From Leptospirales bacterium (GTDB lineage Bacteria > Spirochaetota > Leptospiria > Turneriellales > JAOUFE01), in NCBI GenBank assembly GCA_040326155.1, contig JBEQLE010000003.1, positions 45,387 through 109,386 on the forward strand: a stretch of 64,000 nt of DNA, read 5' to 3'. Within the stretch, counting starts at the first letter, position 1; the number at the start of each line of letters is the position of its first letter. Shown here in pieces: positions 1 through 10,230 of this stretch. The notes beneath the pieces were generated by a model. It saw nothing but the letters and a program-made list of their open reading frames with translations. It searched no databases and was not told where the DNA came from. The position numbers and the translations under genes are program-made.

Positions 1-112
1 TCACACCGGTATATTTTTGCTCGGGATTCGTTCGTGAAATAACCATCTCCCCGATTGTATAGGTTACGATAAGGAACCCAAGAACAGTTTTCAATATTAA
101 GTTTTTTTTCAT
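1..112 (-). CDS. Partial (5' end) exported/membrane protein running off the window start
   Basis: ATG at 112 preceded by AAGGA; translates MKKNLILKTVLGFLIVTYTIGEM..., signal-peptide-like and open to position 1. Confidence 0.6.
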   Translation of the reverse strand, partial: MKKNLILKTVLGFLIVTYTIGEMVISRTNPEQKYTGV

Positions 113-152
113 TTTATTTCCTTTATTTTCAAAGTAATTTATATACTTTTCT

Positions 153-758
153 TCATTTGTCCAAAATTTCCTGAGAATAGTCGAGTGTTTCCAAAGTTTT
201 CTTGGCGATTTCAGCCATTTTAACATAGCCCGCCTCAGAAGGGTGAACCGAGTCTGGCAACAATCCGGCCTTCAGTATGTTATTCTCATAGAAAGCGCGG
301 TCAAAAGGGATAATCGGTTGTCCCGTATTTCGAAGCCATTCTCGATAAATTTCAAGTTCAGCGTCAATTCGGGGTTCGACTATTGGTACAGGTATTCCCC
401 AGATCAATTTTTTCCCCGCCCCTGAAATCAGTCTCTCAATTTCTTGTGACGTGTCGATCATCTCCTGGATTGTAATGTCAGAGTAAACGTCATTCGTTCC
501 GCCCATAACAATAATCGTTCGCGCTCTGGTTGTCGCCGCAATCTCACCCAGCCTGTATTGCATTCCTTCGAGAACATCACCGTTTAGCCCATGATTGATT
601 ATGGAAATCCCCAATGCGGCCTCTACCATTTGCGTCCATGACTTACCATAGGGATAACCCCAGGTTATAGAATCGCCCACTGCCGCAATTACCTTCGAAT
701 TTTGCTGTGATATCTCTGTCACCGTTTCAAAAATAACGGCAATACACTTTGTAAACAC
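153..758 (-). CDS. SGNH/GDSL-family lipase/esterase
   Basis: Motifs GDSITWG (block I), NHGLNG, GGTND and DSVHPS (DxxH). Confidence 0.9.
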   Translation of the reverse strand: MFTKCIAVIFETVTEISQQNSKVIAAVGDSITWGYPYGKSWTQMVEAALGISIINHGLNGDVLEGMQYRLGEIAATTRARTIIVMGGTNDVYSDITIQEMIDTSQEIERLISGAGKKLIWGIPVPIVEPRIDAELEIYREWLRNTGQPIIPFDRAFYENNILKAGLLPDSVHPSEAGYVKMAEIAKKTLETLDYSQEILDK

Positions 759-764
759 GAAAAG

Positions 765-1001
765 ATGGGTTATGCGTATTTATTTTTTGCATGCAACAAC
801 ATGATTATTGATACTAATACGAAACAATTGACCTCAACAAGAGCAGATCTGGCGATAGCCAGCGAGATGCCTGCAGATTATACGGATACAAGTGGCAAGC
901 ACCCTAACGGAACGGGATATTGTGAACTTGTTGGTTTTGAAAATACTGTGACCTACCGTAATCGGGTACTGGCCTTTTTGAAGAGTGGTACTCTGCCTTA
1001 A
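765..1001 (+). pseudogene. Possible C-terminal fragment of a lipocalin-like (AttH/CrtC-type) protein
   Basis: GTGYCELVGF resembles the C-terminal GxGYxELxGY motif of that family; no N-terminal domain is present. Confidence 0.3.
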
Positions 1002-1981
1002 GAAGTATTTGCAAACAAGTCAAACGGATCTTTTTCGGGAAGAATTCCGAATTTATCGAGAAAGGCGATGTAACGGTCAAAGTAGTTTTCTATTTTATCT
1101 ATTCGGGATTTTTCTACGGGGCCCAGTTGTCTACCGGCCGATTTAGTTGTGACCGGTAGAGGAAAATCGGTTCCGAAAAACATTCGCGATTTAAACTCGG
1201 TAAGGTTTTGCAGATGCTGAATAACATTAAAACGAGTGCGCAGGCTCAGGGCCGATAAATCGATATAAAAATTCGGATATCTTGCAAAATAATCTGCCAT
1301 AGTTTCAATCTGCGTTTCGAAAATGGCTAAGCCCGAAGCGCAGGCATGGGCTCCAATAAAATTTACTCCCTGTTCCAGCGCAGTTTCATACAAAGAAAGT
1401 GCTCCCAGTTTTTGGTTTGAACCAGGCAAAGCAAACTCATAACCTGTATGACCTAGAAGAGGCAAATTCAGTTTTTCGAGTTTCTTATAAAAAGGTATGT
1501 ATTTTGCATCGACGGGATTAAAGTGTTGGGTGTTGGGTAAAACTTTCACCAATACCGCGCCCTGGTCATATACTCTATCGAGCTCATCAAGTGCATCGCG
1601 ACGGGCAGGGTTAATAGAGGCGGCGTAATATAAATTTGGGTAAGGTTTTAGAGACTCGCAGACGTAATCATTATTAATCAAGAAAATAGTCCTGTCCCTG
1701 TCGAGCCACCCTTTCTCATCATAAACTCCGTCTAAACCAAAAACGACTCCACGTGAAACGCTTTTAGATTGCTCCAGAGTTTTAGACAAGTATTCAACAT
1801 ACGCAGTATCTATGGTATCTCGTTTATCCAGTATACCATGGTATTCGGCCAGCGTCTTCAGCATCATTTTAATTTTTATATTAGATTTGACCCTGTTATA
1901 GGAACGGTGGTGCAAGGCCGACGTGCCAAAAGCGACTGAGTGTATATGGACATCCGTGAGTTGTTTTTTCTTTCGCGACAT
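998..1981 (-). CDS. Amidohydrolase family (TIM-barrel metal-dependent hydrolase, amidohydro_2-like)
   Basis: DVHIH, VLVKVLP, GHTG, GAHAC and FGTDFP motifs. Confidence 0.85.
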   Translation of the reverse strand: MSRKKKQLTDVHIHSVAFGTSALHHRSYNRVKSNIKIKMMLKTLAEYHGILDKRDTIDTAYVEYLSKTLEQSKSVSRGVVFGLDGVYDEKGWLDRDRTIFLINNDYVCESLKPYPNLYYAASINPARRDALDELDRVYDQGAVLVKVLPNTQHFNPVDAKYIPFYKKLEKLNLPLLGHTGYEFALPGSNQKLGALSLYETALEQGVNFIGAHACASGLAIFETQIETMADYFARYPNFYIDLSALSLRTRFNVIQHLQNLTEFKSRMFFGTDFPLPVTTKSAGRQLGPVEKSRIDKIENYFDRYIAFLDKFGILPEKDPFDLFANTS

Positions 1982-2114
1982 ATATATAGTAATCCTTTTC
2001 TAAAGGGTTTTCTATATGTAAATGAACATTCCTCTTGTCGATTGAAAAACGAGATAATCCGCCGTAATATCACACTTGACATGGTGTCAAAATGCCTATC
2101 GGTGGACGTAGATC

Positions 2115-2188
2115 GCGCGTGTAGCTCAGGTGGTTAGAGCACTTGCTTGACATGCAAGGGGTCACTGGTTCGAGTCCAGTCATGCGCA
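2115..2188 (+). tRNA. tRNA-Val(GAC)
   Basis: Cloverleaf: acceptor GCGCGTG/CATGCGC, anticodon arm CTTGC-TTGACAT-GCAAG, T-loop GGTTCGAGTCC; CCA not encoded. Confidence 0.97.
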
Positions 2189-2215
2189 AAATTCCACACA
2201 AAAAAGAAGTAAATT

Positions 2216-4120
2216 ATGATTACCCTGACCCTGCCGAACAAACAAGATATTGAAATCGATGGTGTAAAAACCTACGGCGATGTAATTGCAGAACACTTGC
2301 CCAAACTGGCTCAGCGACTGGTAGCGGTGAAAATTGGCGACGATACTTTTGACCTTTCGCGGGAAATAGAAAGCAGTGGAAAACTAACGCCAATTACTTT
2401 CGATTCGGAAGAGGGCAAAGAAATTTTCTGGCACTCCAGCGCGCATGTTTTAGCTCAGGCCATTAAACGACTCTACCCATCGGCGCAATTAACGTTTGGG
2501 CCAGTCACCTCTCACGGCCCCGGCTTCTTTTACTACGATATCTTTCTCGAGAACGAAACTATTTCAGAAGAAAATTTTGAAGCCATCGAAAACGAGATGA
2601 AAAAAATTACCGGAGAGAAGCAAACAGTTTCACGCTCTGTGTATAAACGCGAAGATGCGGTTAAAGAATTTCGAGATATGGGTGAAGAGTTCAAGGCTAA
2701 AATTATTGAAGATATTCCGCCTGAAAATGAAATTACCATTTATAAACAAGGGGAGTTTCAAGACCTTTGTCGCGGTCCACACGTTCCCAATACATCGATT
2801 TTAGGAAATATAAAACTTACTGCTATTTCTGGCGCATATTGGAAAGGCGATTCCTCGAATCCGATGCTGCAACGTATTTATGGCATTAGTTTCACTTCCG
2901 AAAAAGAGTTGAAATCGTATTTACATAGATTGGAAGAAGCTAAAAAAAGGGACCACCGCAAATTAGGTAAAGAACTTGATTTGTTTAGTTTTCATGAAGA
3001 AGCTCCTGGCATGCCATTTTATCATCCCAAAGGAACCGCCCTGTTTAACGCCTTGCAGGAATATATAAGAAAAGAGTGTTCTTTAAGGGGTTACGAAGAG
3101 TTGAGAACGCCGACTGTTCTTTCAGATGAGCTCTGGCACAGGTCGGGCCATTTTGAAAACTTTAAAGAGAACATGTATTTTACGGAACTGGATAATCGCG
3201 GGTTTGCCATAAAACCTATGAACTGTCCAGGCTCTAATCTGGTATATAAAGAACGCCCTCGAAGTTATCGTGACCTGCCGTTAAGGTTGGCCGAACTTGG
3301 CATGGTTCACCGTCATGAACTTTCGGGTGTGCTGCATGGACTTTTTCGGGTGCGCGCTTTTACCCAGGACGATGCGCATATTTATTGCTCGCCCGATCAG
3401 TTGCAATCTGAAATTGAACAAACCATAAAATTTACGATTGATGTGTACAAGAAATTTGGTTTCGATAAAATTAATATCTTTATTGCCACAAAACCTGAAA
3501 AGGCGATGGGCTCAGAAGAGAACTGGAAAAACGCAACCGAAGCGCTCGAACAATCTTTAGAGAAAATGGATTTAGAATTTGCCATCAAAGAAGGCGAAGG
3601 CGCTTTTTATGGACCGAAAATAGAATTCAACGTAGAAGATTCTCTGGGACGAAACTGGCAGCTGGGTACCATCCAGGTTGATTTTTCGATGCCCGAAAGA
3701 TTCGAACTTGAATACATCGGAAGCGACGGCGCAAAACATCGCCCGGTAATGGTTCACCGTGCCATACTCGGGTCGATTGAAAGATTCATGGGGATTTTAC
3801 TGGAACACTATGCCGGTAAAATGCCTTTCTGGGTATCGCCCGTTCAAATTCGCATAATGACTGTAGGCGAATCTTTTGTCGAATATGCGGATGATGTTAA
3901 AAGACAGCTTGAAGAAAAAGGTTTCAGGGTAGATAAAGACTATCGTGACGAAAAAATCGGATACAAAATTCGCGAATGGAATTCTCAAAAAATTAACTAT
4001 GGCATAATTGTCGGAGAAAAAGAGGTCAACGACAAAACCCTCTCTGTCAGAAAACGCGGCGATAAAGATTCACCCGTTATGTCTTTTGACGAGTTTATCG
4101 AGAATCTCCAAAACGATTAA
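2216..4120 (+). CDS. thrS: Threonine--tRNA ligase
   Basis: HSSAH, DLCRGPH, RDHRKLG, KPMNCP, FTQDDAH and GAFYGPK motifs. Confidence 0.98.
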   Translation: MITLTLPNKQDIEIDGVKTYGDVIAEHLPKLAQRLVAVKIGDDTFDLSREIESSGKLTPITFDSEEGKEIFWHSSAHVLAQAIKRLYPSAQLTFGPVTSHGPGFFYYDIFLENETISEENFEAIENEMKKITGEKQTVSRSVYKREDAVKEFRDMGEEFKAKIIEDIPPENEITIYKQGEFQDLCRGPHVPNTSILGNIKLTAISGAYWKGDSSNPMLQRIYGISFTSEKELKSYLHRLEEAKKRDHRKLGKELDLFSFHEEAPGMPFYHPKGTALFNALQEYIRKECSLRGYEELRTPTVLSDELWHRSGHFENFKENMYFTELDNRGFAIKPMNCPGSNLVYKERPRSYRDLPLRLAELGMVHRHELSGVLHGLFRVRAFTQDDAHIYCSPDQLQSEIEQTIKFTIDVYKKFGFDKINIFIATKPEKAMGSEENWKNATEALEQSLEKMDLEFAIKEGEGAFYGPKIEFNVEDSLGRNWQLGTIQVDFSMPERFELEYIGSDGAKHRPVMVHRAILGSIERFMGILLEHYAGKMPFWVSPVQIRIMTVGESFVEYADDVKRQLEEKGFRVDKDYRDEKIGYKIREWNSQKINYGIIVGEKEVNDKTLSVRKRGDKDSPVMSFDEFIENLQND

Positions 4121-4375
4121 ACTATTGAATCTATTTTTATACGCCGTACCACGGTTCCGGTAAAAAATTATTATCCAGTTTATCTAACAGTAGTTTTTGC
4201 TTATCGCTTTTTTTATGTTCATCCATTTGATAAACCACAACTATATATAGATAACGTCCTTCGGGTTCCTTCGGATAAATTTCAATAAATGATTTCTCTA
4301 ATGAGAATTGCTGAATATATCTAAACTTATAAAAAGAGGTTTACTCTCCCGGCCCCGGCTTTATACATCCAGATA

Positions 4376-5167
4376 ATGAATTCTAAAAGGTTAAACTATC
4401 CCCGGGCGTTAAAAACCCTTTTTCCTGAGTATTTCACAAGTGAAAAAACGATACTCGCCACACACCGGGGCTACGGTAAACACGGGCCAATTGCTGAAAA
4501 CACTCTCGGAGCGTTTCAAGAAAGTACGCGGCGCGGTTTTAAAGCTCATGAACTTGATGTAAGAATTAGCCTGGATTTAAAAGCAGTACTGTTTCATGGA
4601 CCCACCCTTGAAAAAACCACTTCTGGTTTTGGCCGACTCGAAAAGCAAAACATGGTTGACCTTGAAAAACTTGACTGGGGAAACTACCTGCCCAAAAAAG
4701 CAAAACCTGTAAAACCCCTTCTACTGGAAGAGTATTTAAAACTGTTTGCAAATAAAGTTTTTACAAACATTGAAATAAAACACGATTGGTGTATATTTAA
4801 CCATAACCTGGAAAACACAGTTATAGACATTTGTAAAAAAAATTGGGGCAAAGGTAATTATATATTCAGCAGCTTCAATCTATGGTCACTACGTTATTTA
4901 CGCAAAGCTTTACCTGCTGCAGCAATAGGAATTCTAATCGACCTGAGTCCATTTGCATCATTAAAAATTGCAATCGGTCGACTCTTTGTAAAACCCGATT
5001 CCATTCATCTACACCCTCAATTGGCGACCCAAAAAAGAGTTCTAAAATATAAAAAACTGGGTTATGGAATTCTGGTCTGGGGTATTAACAGTTCGGAGAA
5101 ACTTCAAGAAATGAAAAATCTTGGTGTCGATATCGTGGTTACCGATAATATGGATCTGTGCAAATAA
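4376..5167 (+). CDS. Glycerophosphodiester phosphodiesterase family protein
   Basis: HRG, ENT, ELDV, NIEIK, SSF and C-terminal GVDIVVTD motifs. Confidence 0.9.
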   Translation: MNSKRLNYPRALKTLFPEYFTSEKTILATHRGYGKHGPIAENTLGAFQESTRRGFKAHELDVRISLDLKAVLFHGPTLEKTTSGFGRLEKQNMVDLEKLDWGNYLPKKAKPVKPLLLEEYLKLFANKVFTNIEIKHDWCIFNHNLENTVIDICKKNWGKGNYIFSSFNLWSLRYLRKALPAAAIGILIDLSPFASLKIAIGRLFVKPDSIHLHPQLATQKRVLKYKKLGYGILVWGINSSEKLQEMKNLGVDIVVTDNMDLCK

Positions 5168-5179
5168 CACTGATCATGA

Positions 5180-6358
5180 TTATTTTTCAAGCCTGTAGAT
5201 TCTTCCAGAAGTAAAACCTACAATTAAAAGTTCACCATCAACATCAAGACCGAAACTGGAAATATATATACTCGTATCGACTACCAGTGAAGCCAAATTT
5301 TGTTTTGCCCCATTTTGCGAAATCGCCCAGATACGTCCCTCGACAAAGTCACCGAAAATATATAGTCCGTGCAGCTCTGGTATATTTTTTCCGCGATAAA
5401 CATAACCGCCTGTAATGGAAGCTCCCATTTCATGTGTATACTCATAAATCGGATTTTCCAATCCAGCGCGTTTACAATTTACCGCAGGATTATAACAATG
5501 AGTTCCTTCCAGAATGTGCCAGCCGTAATTTTTACCTTTTTCAATAATCGATACTTCTTCGTACTCATTTTGGCCCACGTCGCCCACCCAAAGTTTTCCG
5601 GTTAACCGATCAAAACTGAATCTCCATGGATTGCGCAACCCATACGCAAAAATTTCCGGCGCCTCGGATGTTAAAAATGGATTATCTTTAGGTATGGAAT
5701 ATCCCTGCTGGTTTGAAACATCTACGCGTAATATTTTACCAAGTTTTGTGTTCAAATTTTGCCCATTGTTATGGGGGTCTCCCGCCGACCCGCCATCACC
5801 AACGCCGATGTACAAATAACCATCCGGGCCAAATTCGATATGGCCCCCATTATGGTTACCATAAGGCTGATCTATTTCAAAGAGAACTTCTTCTTTAAAA
5901 GAGAGTTGGCCGGTTTCGGGGTTCCAGTCGGCTGCATTCTCTGTTAAAACTAAACGAGATAGCCTTGTCTTTCTCGGCTTACATACGGAATAATATATAT
6001 ATAACGATTTGTTACTTTCAAAGTCTGGGTCAAAAGCAAGACCCAACAACCCTTCCTCCCAACCTTTTGAACAAACCTTCTTATGAATATCGATTAGTGT
6101 GGAATTTTGCCAGGTTAAATTCTCTTTTTGTACTGTGGGATATGCATATTTTAGATAGCCTTTTTTTTCTACTATAATATAAGACCTGGCTTCGCGTATT
6201 GACCATGGAGCGGGAGTTATAAAAACGGGACTGGTAAAACTAAACGGAAACATAGATACCGTTTTTATTCCTGGAATATAGCCTTTGCTGCCGTAGATTC
6301 CAAAAACAGTCGCGAAAATGAACAAGAAAGATAATGTGGATTTTTTCATTGCAATCAA
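5180..6358 (-). CDS. PQQ-dependent sugar dehydrogenase (glucose/sorbosone dehydrogenase family), exported
   Basis: EEGLLGLAFDP, NHNGG, FGPDGYLY, GLRNPWR and GDVGQ motifs; signal peptide. Confidence 0.92.
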   Translation of the reverse strand: MIAMKKSTLSFLFIFATVFGIYGSKGYIPGIKTVSMFPFSFTSPVFITPAPWSIREARSYIIVEKKGYLKYAYPTVQKENLTWQNSTLIDIHKKVCSKGWEEGLLGLAFDPDFESNKSLYIYYSVCKPRKTRLSRLVLTENAADWNPETGQLSFKEEVLFEIDQPYGNHNGGHIEFGPDGYLYIGVGDGGSAGDPHNNGQNLNTKLGKILRVDVSNQQGYSIPKDNPFLTSEAPEIFAYGLRNPWRFSFDRLTGKLWVGDVGQNEYEEVSIIEKGKNYGWHILEGTHCYNPAVNCKRAGLENPIYEYTHEMGASITGGYVYRGKNIPELHGLYIFGDFVEGRIWAISQNGAKQNLASLVVDTSIYISSFGLDVDGELLIVGFTSGRIYRLEK

Positions 6359-6462
6359 AATAAAAGATTGCCAATAGAGGGCAAGTTATTTTTCTTCGAT
6401 TTTAGTATATTTAAAAGAAAGCATGAACTATTTTTATTAGTTTGAAGGTAATGAGGTGAATT

Positions 6463-6786
6463 ATGAGTTCTGAACATAGAAAATCTGTCCGATTTTTTCC
6501 TGAAGAGAAAGAGATTGCTGTCGTAAGTATTAACCCCCAGGATTTCGAAAAATACGAAGCTATTAAAAAAGAGTTCAAAGGTGAATTCTGCGCTTTAATT
6601 GAAGATGAGGCGCACAAAGGGTGCAGTCTGGTGTTTCTCGATTATAACCAACGTGCAGTCAGCCTGGAAGAAGGCGCAAAGTGCGTAGTAAAAATTGGAG
6701 AAGTCCTGCCACTGCGCGGTGAAGTTGTCCGAATAAAGGTCCTGGATGACAAGGTCTATAAAATTGGGATAAAATTTCTTGATTAA
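6463..6786 (+). CDS. Stand-alone PilZ-like domain protein
   Basis: N-terminal RKSVR (RxxxR), DEAHKG (variant of D/NxSxxG), GEVVR and C-terminal IGIKF. Confidence 0.7.
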   Translation: MSSEHRKSVRFFPEEKEIAVVSINPQDFEKYEAIKKEFKGEFCALIEDEAHKGCSLVFLDYNQRAVSLEEGAKCVVKIGEVLPLRGEVVRIKVLDDKVYKIGIKFLD

Positions 6787-6791
6787 ATAAC

Positions 6792-7190
6792 TTAAAGACC
6801 AAAAGGTTCACAGCCGATGTAATTACCGTTTTGTAATGAATATAAAGAATCACCGATTTTACGATCTTTGCATGTCTTCTCGTCGACATTTTTATAGATT
6901 AAAAAAAGAATAGGTTCATCCTTACACTCCCCAGGGCAAATAAAAACAATGATCAACGAAAAGTTATTTCGTGAGTCAATGCCGAAATCTCTGGGGTATT
7001 GATCTTTATCGTATTTGTCTACTTGTAATGTTAACAATGCATTAATCTGCTCTTGAATTTGAGCCGGAGTTTTAACTTCAGATTTTATACTCGTATCGGC
7101 AGTATTGTTTTCTTGTAATGACGTGCAAAACTGAGAAAAAGTAAAACAAACAAAAAATAATACCCATTTGAATTTCCAGAACAGATTCAC
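6792..7190 (-). CDS. Hypothetical lipoprotein/exported protein
   Basis: Hydrophobic N-terminus with Cys (FSQFC); several paired cysteines. Confidence 0.6.
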   Translation of the reverse strand: MNLFWKFKWVLFFVCFTFSQFCTSLQENNTADTSIKSEVKTPAQIQEQINALLTLQVDKYDKDQYPRDFGIDSRNNFSLIIVFICPGECKDEPILFLIYKNVDEKTCKDRKIGDSLYSLQNGNYIGCEPFGL

Positions 7191-7202
7191 TTACAATTAC
7201 CT

Positions 7203-9218
7203 TCAACTTACGTCATCGGCAGATATTTCATACAATGAATCGATTTTTATGTCCAGATTCCTTTCCAGTTCAACAATCGCGTCTAAATGTTTTGCTTCAA
7301 ATTGAACCAAAATTGAATCCACCAGATCGACAATTTCTTGCATAGACTCCGGCTTTACGTATCCAGGAACCGGAAGGTTAAACAGTCCTGATTTACGAAT
7401 TTGGGGTTGTTTTCCACGACTGATTCGTATTATACCAGTATATCTGGCATAATTTGTTAAAAACGTAGAGTTTAATAAGGCCAATATAAATTTTAACGGA
7501 TAAATGTCAGATTTGTAAATGACAAACATACTATATGGCGCCACCACTACCTGTGGAACAAAAGTAGCGCACAAACGACTGTCAGATTGTCGTATGAAAA
7601 TTTTCTCGCCTGTAAAGCGATGTAAATCGCCCAGTACAATTTGATTCGAAATTCCCGATAAGCGCGCTGCATTATTCAATTCATTTTGAAACGCCGTATC
7701 GAAATGTATAAACAAAGTGGTCGCAGCCAGGGGCTCAAACCGTCCTGTTATGGAGCCACTCACCACAAAAGGATAATAATCAGATGAAACTTTTGTCTCA
7801 TGTATAAATTTTTCATAAGAACCACCGATATTCACACCCGTGCGAATTTCAACATAATCACCCATTTTCGGATAACTTTCAAGTTTCTGCATTTGCGAAT
7901 ATCTGGTTTTATCAATAAATACAGCCCCTTTTGTAAATTGTTCCACCGAGATGGAATAAGCGCTTTGGTCTTGAACATCCTGAACATGAACCTGAATATT
8001 ATCTACTACGCTTTTTTTTTGCATCACCACGACGGTTTGCCCGCTGTTTACCCCTGAAAATCCGGCGATATTAATTTCGATTTCCAATGGGTGAAAAGTT
8101 TGAATACTCTGCAATCGAATATTATAAAATGGTTTTTCAAAAAAATTAATATCATGAATAAAAGCAAATATACCCTTATCTTTAGTGTATTTAAAACCAA
8201 AACCAAGAATGTACATGGAAAGGTTCAAACGCTTTTGCATGGAATCATCCGAATTCTCATCTGAAATTTTTCTCGCGGTTTTACTATCCACAGTCGTTTT
8301 TGCGGATTGCCTTGAATATAGAGATACATAAGGTGGGTTAGAAAGAATTATATCATAGGTTTTTGTATGAGTTTCTATAAATAAGATATCTTTTACCTGA
8401 AACTTTTCATTTAGTATTGTCAAAATTTCCTTGTATGTATGCTTATCCATATAATTCAAAATTCTGAAAGCAATTGTAGTTTTTAACAGTTCTATTGCTG
8501 AAACATCGGTATCTATACCATAGATATTTTTTAATACTATTTCCGAATACAATAACTCATTGCTATAATCTTTCTCTTTCGCTTTGTGAATAAAAAGGTC
8601 TATTATTAAATGAGTAAATATTCCGGGACCACAGGCTAGATCGAGAACGACCGGATGTTGCCATTCGTCGCTTTGTTGCTGTTTATGAAATGCATTCCAC
8701 GCGTTCGCGACTATACTTTTTGCCAGAATCGGTGGTGTGTAATAAGCGCCATTTTTTTTTCTGAAACTTTGGTCCGATTGTAATTTATCTTCCTCCCGGC
8801 GTATATCGTTAAAGCGTAAAAGCTGCTCGTAAACTAACCCTGGAATTATATATGCATAATAATGTGTATGTAAGGGTAACAAACATTTTTTTTCTATCTT
8901 GGAATACAAATTGCTATTGGCGGCATTATACAAAATAAAATCTAAAAACCCTTCCTGGTTAAATTCTACTGTTTCGCTACCGATTTCATTACGACTCATT
9001 ATTTTATCAAAATATGAATTTAGATCTACAGGGCGTTCACTATCAGCTAATTTCGATATTGCTGTTTCTGCCGAAAAATATACCGCCGAATTGAGTATGA
9101 ATATTTTAGCTATAAACGCCGCATTTGCATAATTATCGATGTTTGCAGGATAAATTTCCGAAATTGTTTTCAATAAGACGCTGCGAACTTTTTGATATGT
9201 GCCTGGTCGATTTGTCAT
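7203..9218 (-). CDS. N6-adenine DNA methyltransferase (Eco57I/TaqI-like gamma class) with C-terminal target-recognition domain
   Basis: GAYYTP, VLDLACGPGIF (motif I), YGIDTD, NPPY (motif IV); TaqI_C-like KIFIRQ...ILALLNS...LFNLPVP. Confidence 0.9.
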   Translation of the reverse strand: MTNRPGTYQKVRSVLLKTISEIYPANIDNYANAAFIAKIFILNSAVYFSAETAISKLADSERPVDLNSYFDKIMSRNEIGSETVEFNQEGFLDFILYNAANSNLYSKIEKKCLLPLHTHYYAYIIPGLVYEQLLRFNDIRREEDKLQSDQSFRKKNGAYYTPPILAKSIVANAWNAFHKQQQSDEWQHPVVLDLACGPGIFTHLIIDLFIHKAKEKDYSNELLYSEIVLKNIYGIDTDVSAIELLKTTIAFRILNYMDKHTYKEILTILNEKFQVKDILFIETHTKTYDIILSNPPYVSLYSRQSAKTTVDSKTARKISDENSDDSMQKRLNLSMYILGFGFKYTKDKGIFAFIHDINFFEKPFYNIRLQSIQTFHPLEIEINIAGFSGVNSGQTVVVMQKKSVVDNIQVHVQDVQDQSAYSISVEQFTKGAVFIDKTRYSQMQKLESYPKMGDYVEIRTGVNIGGSYEKFIHETKVSSDYYPFVVSGSITGRFEPLAATTLFIHFDTAFQNELNNAARLSGISNQIVLGDLHRFTGEKIFIRQSDSRLCATFVPQVVVAPYSMFVIYKSDIYPLKFILALLNSTFLTNYARYTGIIRISRGKQPQIRKSGLFNLPVPGYVKPESMQEIVDLVDSILVQFEAKHLDAIVELERNLDIKIDSLYEISADDVS

Positions 9219-9309
9219 TTATTAGGCCATTATAACAAGTTTTTTCTTTGTGTACAAGAAAAAAAATTGCCAGAGTGAGTACCAGTTGTGTTTGTAGGTC
9301 ACTATCCTT

Positions 9310-10224
9310 ATGAAAGAATTTGAAGAAAACTTTAAACCCGTAACCGGGAAACTACCGGAAAATCGCATAGATCTCTTTATAGAATTGATTAAAGAGGCGT
9401 CTACTAATTTACCACCAGATGTTGTAAAAGCCATGGTTGCTCAGAAGGAAAAAGAAAAACCCGGCTCACAGGCCGAACGTGCGTTTTCTATTATAATCGA
9501 AAATATCAAAATGGCATATGAGAAAAAAACTCCGATTTGCCAAGACACAGGAACGGTAATTTTCCATATTCATTATCCAGTCGGAGAAAGTTCGTTAAAA
9601 CTTAAAAAGGATTTAACCGAGGCTGTACAAAGCGCTACCAAAAAAGGGTATTTAAGACCCAACTCTGTCGATTCCATCACCGGAGAAAACCCTGGCGACA
9701 ATACCGGGATCGGACTACCCTCTTTTTATTTTGATGAGTGGGAATCAGATAAACTCACTATACAAATTATGCTAAAAGGGGGCGGATGTGAAAATGTTGG
9801 AACACAATATGCGCTTCCACATACCGGACTGAATGCCGGAAGAGATGTGCCGGGAATAAAAAAAGTAATATTAGACGCAGTCGTTGAAGCGCAGGGTAAA
9901 GGGTGTGCGCCCGGAATTCTAGGCGTTGGAATTGGAGGGGACCGTGTCAGTGGCGCACGCCTTGCTAAAGAACAACTATTCAGGCAACTGTCCGATGAAA
10001 ACCCCGACCCCGTATTAAAAGAAATTGAAGACGAGCTGTTAGAAGAGTCCAATAAACTGGGTATCGGACCCATGGGTTTTGGCGGTTTGACCACGCTTTT
10101 AGGAATTAAAGCAGCTAAAATGCATAGAATTCCTGCCAGCTTTTATGTGAGCATTTCTTACATGTGTTGGGCTACGCGTCGAAAAAAACTTGAAATCAAA
10201 GGGAACGAATTTATAATTGAGTAA
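9310..10224 (+). CDS. Class I Fe-S fumarate hydratase, alpha subunit
   Basis: PICQDTG, KGGGCEN, GKGCAP, LGIGPMGFGG and CWATRR motifs. Confidence 0.93.
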   Translation: MKEFEENFKPVTGKLPENRIDLFIELIKEASTNLPPDVVKAMVAQKEKEKPGSQAERAFSIIIENIKMAYEKKTPICQDTGTVIFHIHYPVGESSLKLKKDLTEAVQSATKKGYLRPNSVDSITGENPGDNTGIGLPSFYFDEWESDKLTIQIMLKGGGCENVGTQYALPHTGLNAGRDVPGIKKVILDAVVEAQGKGCAPGILGVGIGGDRVSGARLAKEQLFRQLSDENPDPVLKEIEDELLEESNKLGIGPMGFGGLTTLLGIKAAKMHRIPASFYVSISYMCWATRRKKLEIKGNEFIIE

Positions 10225-10230
10225 TTAACT

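Noticed and set aside
2076..2090. TTGACA-TGG-TGTCAA palindrome upstream of tRNA-Val as a repressor operator
   Set aside because: More simply explained as back-to-back -35 boxes of divergent promoters; no other support
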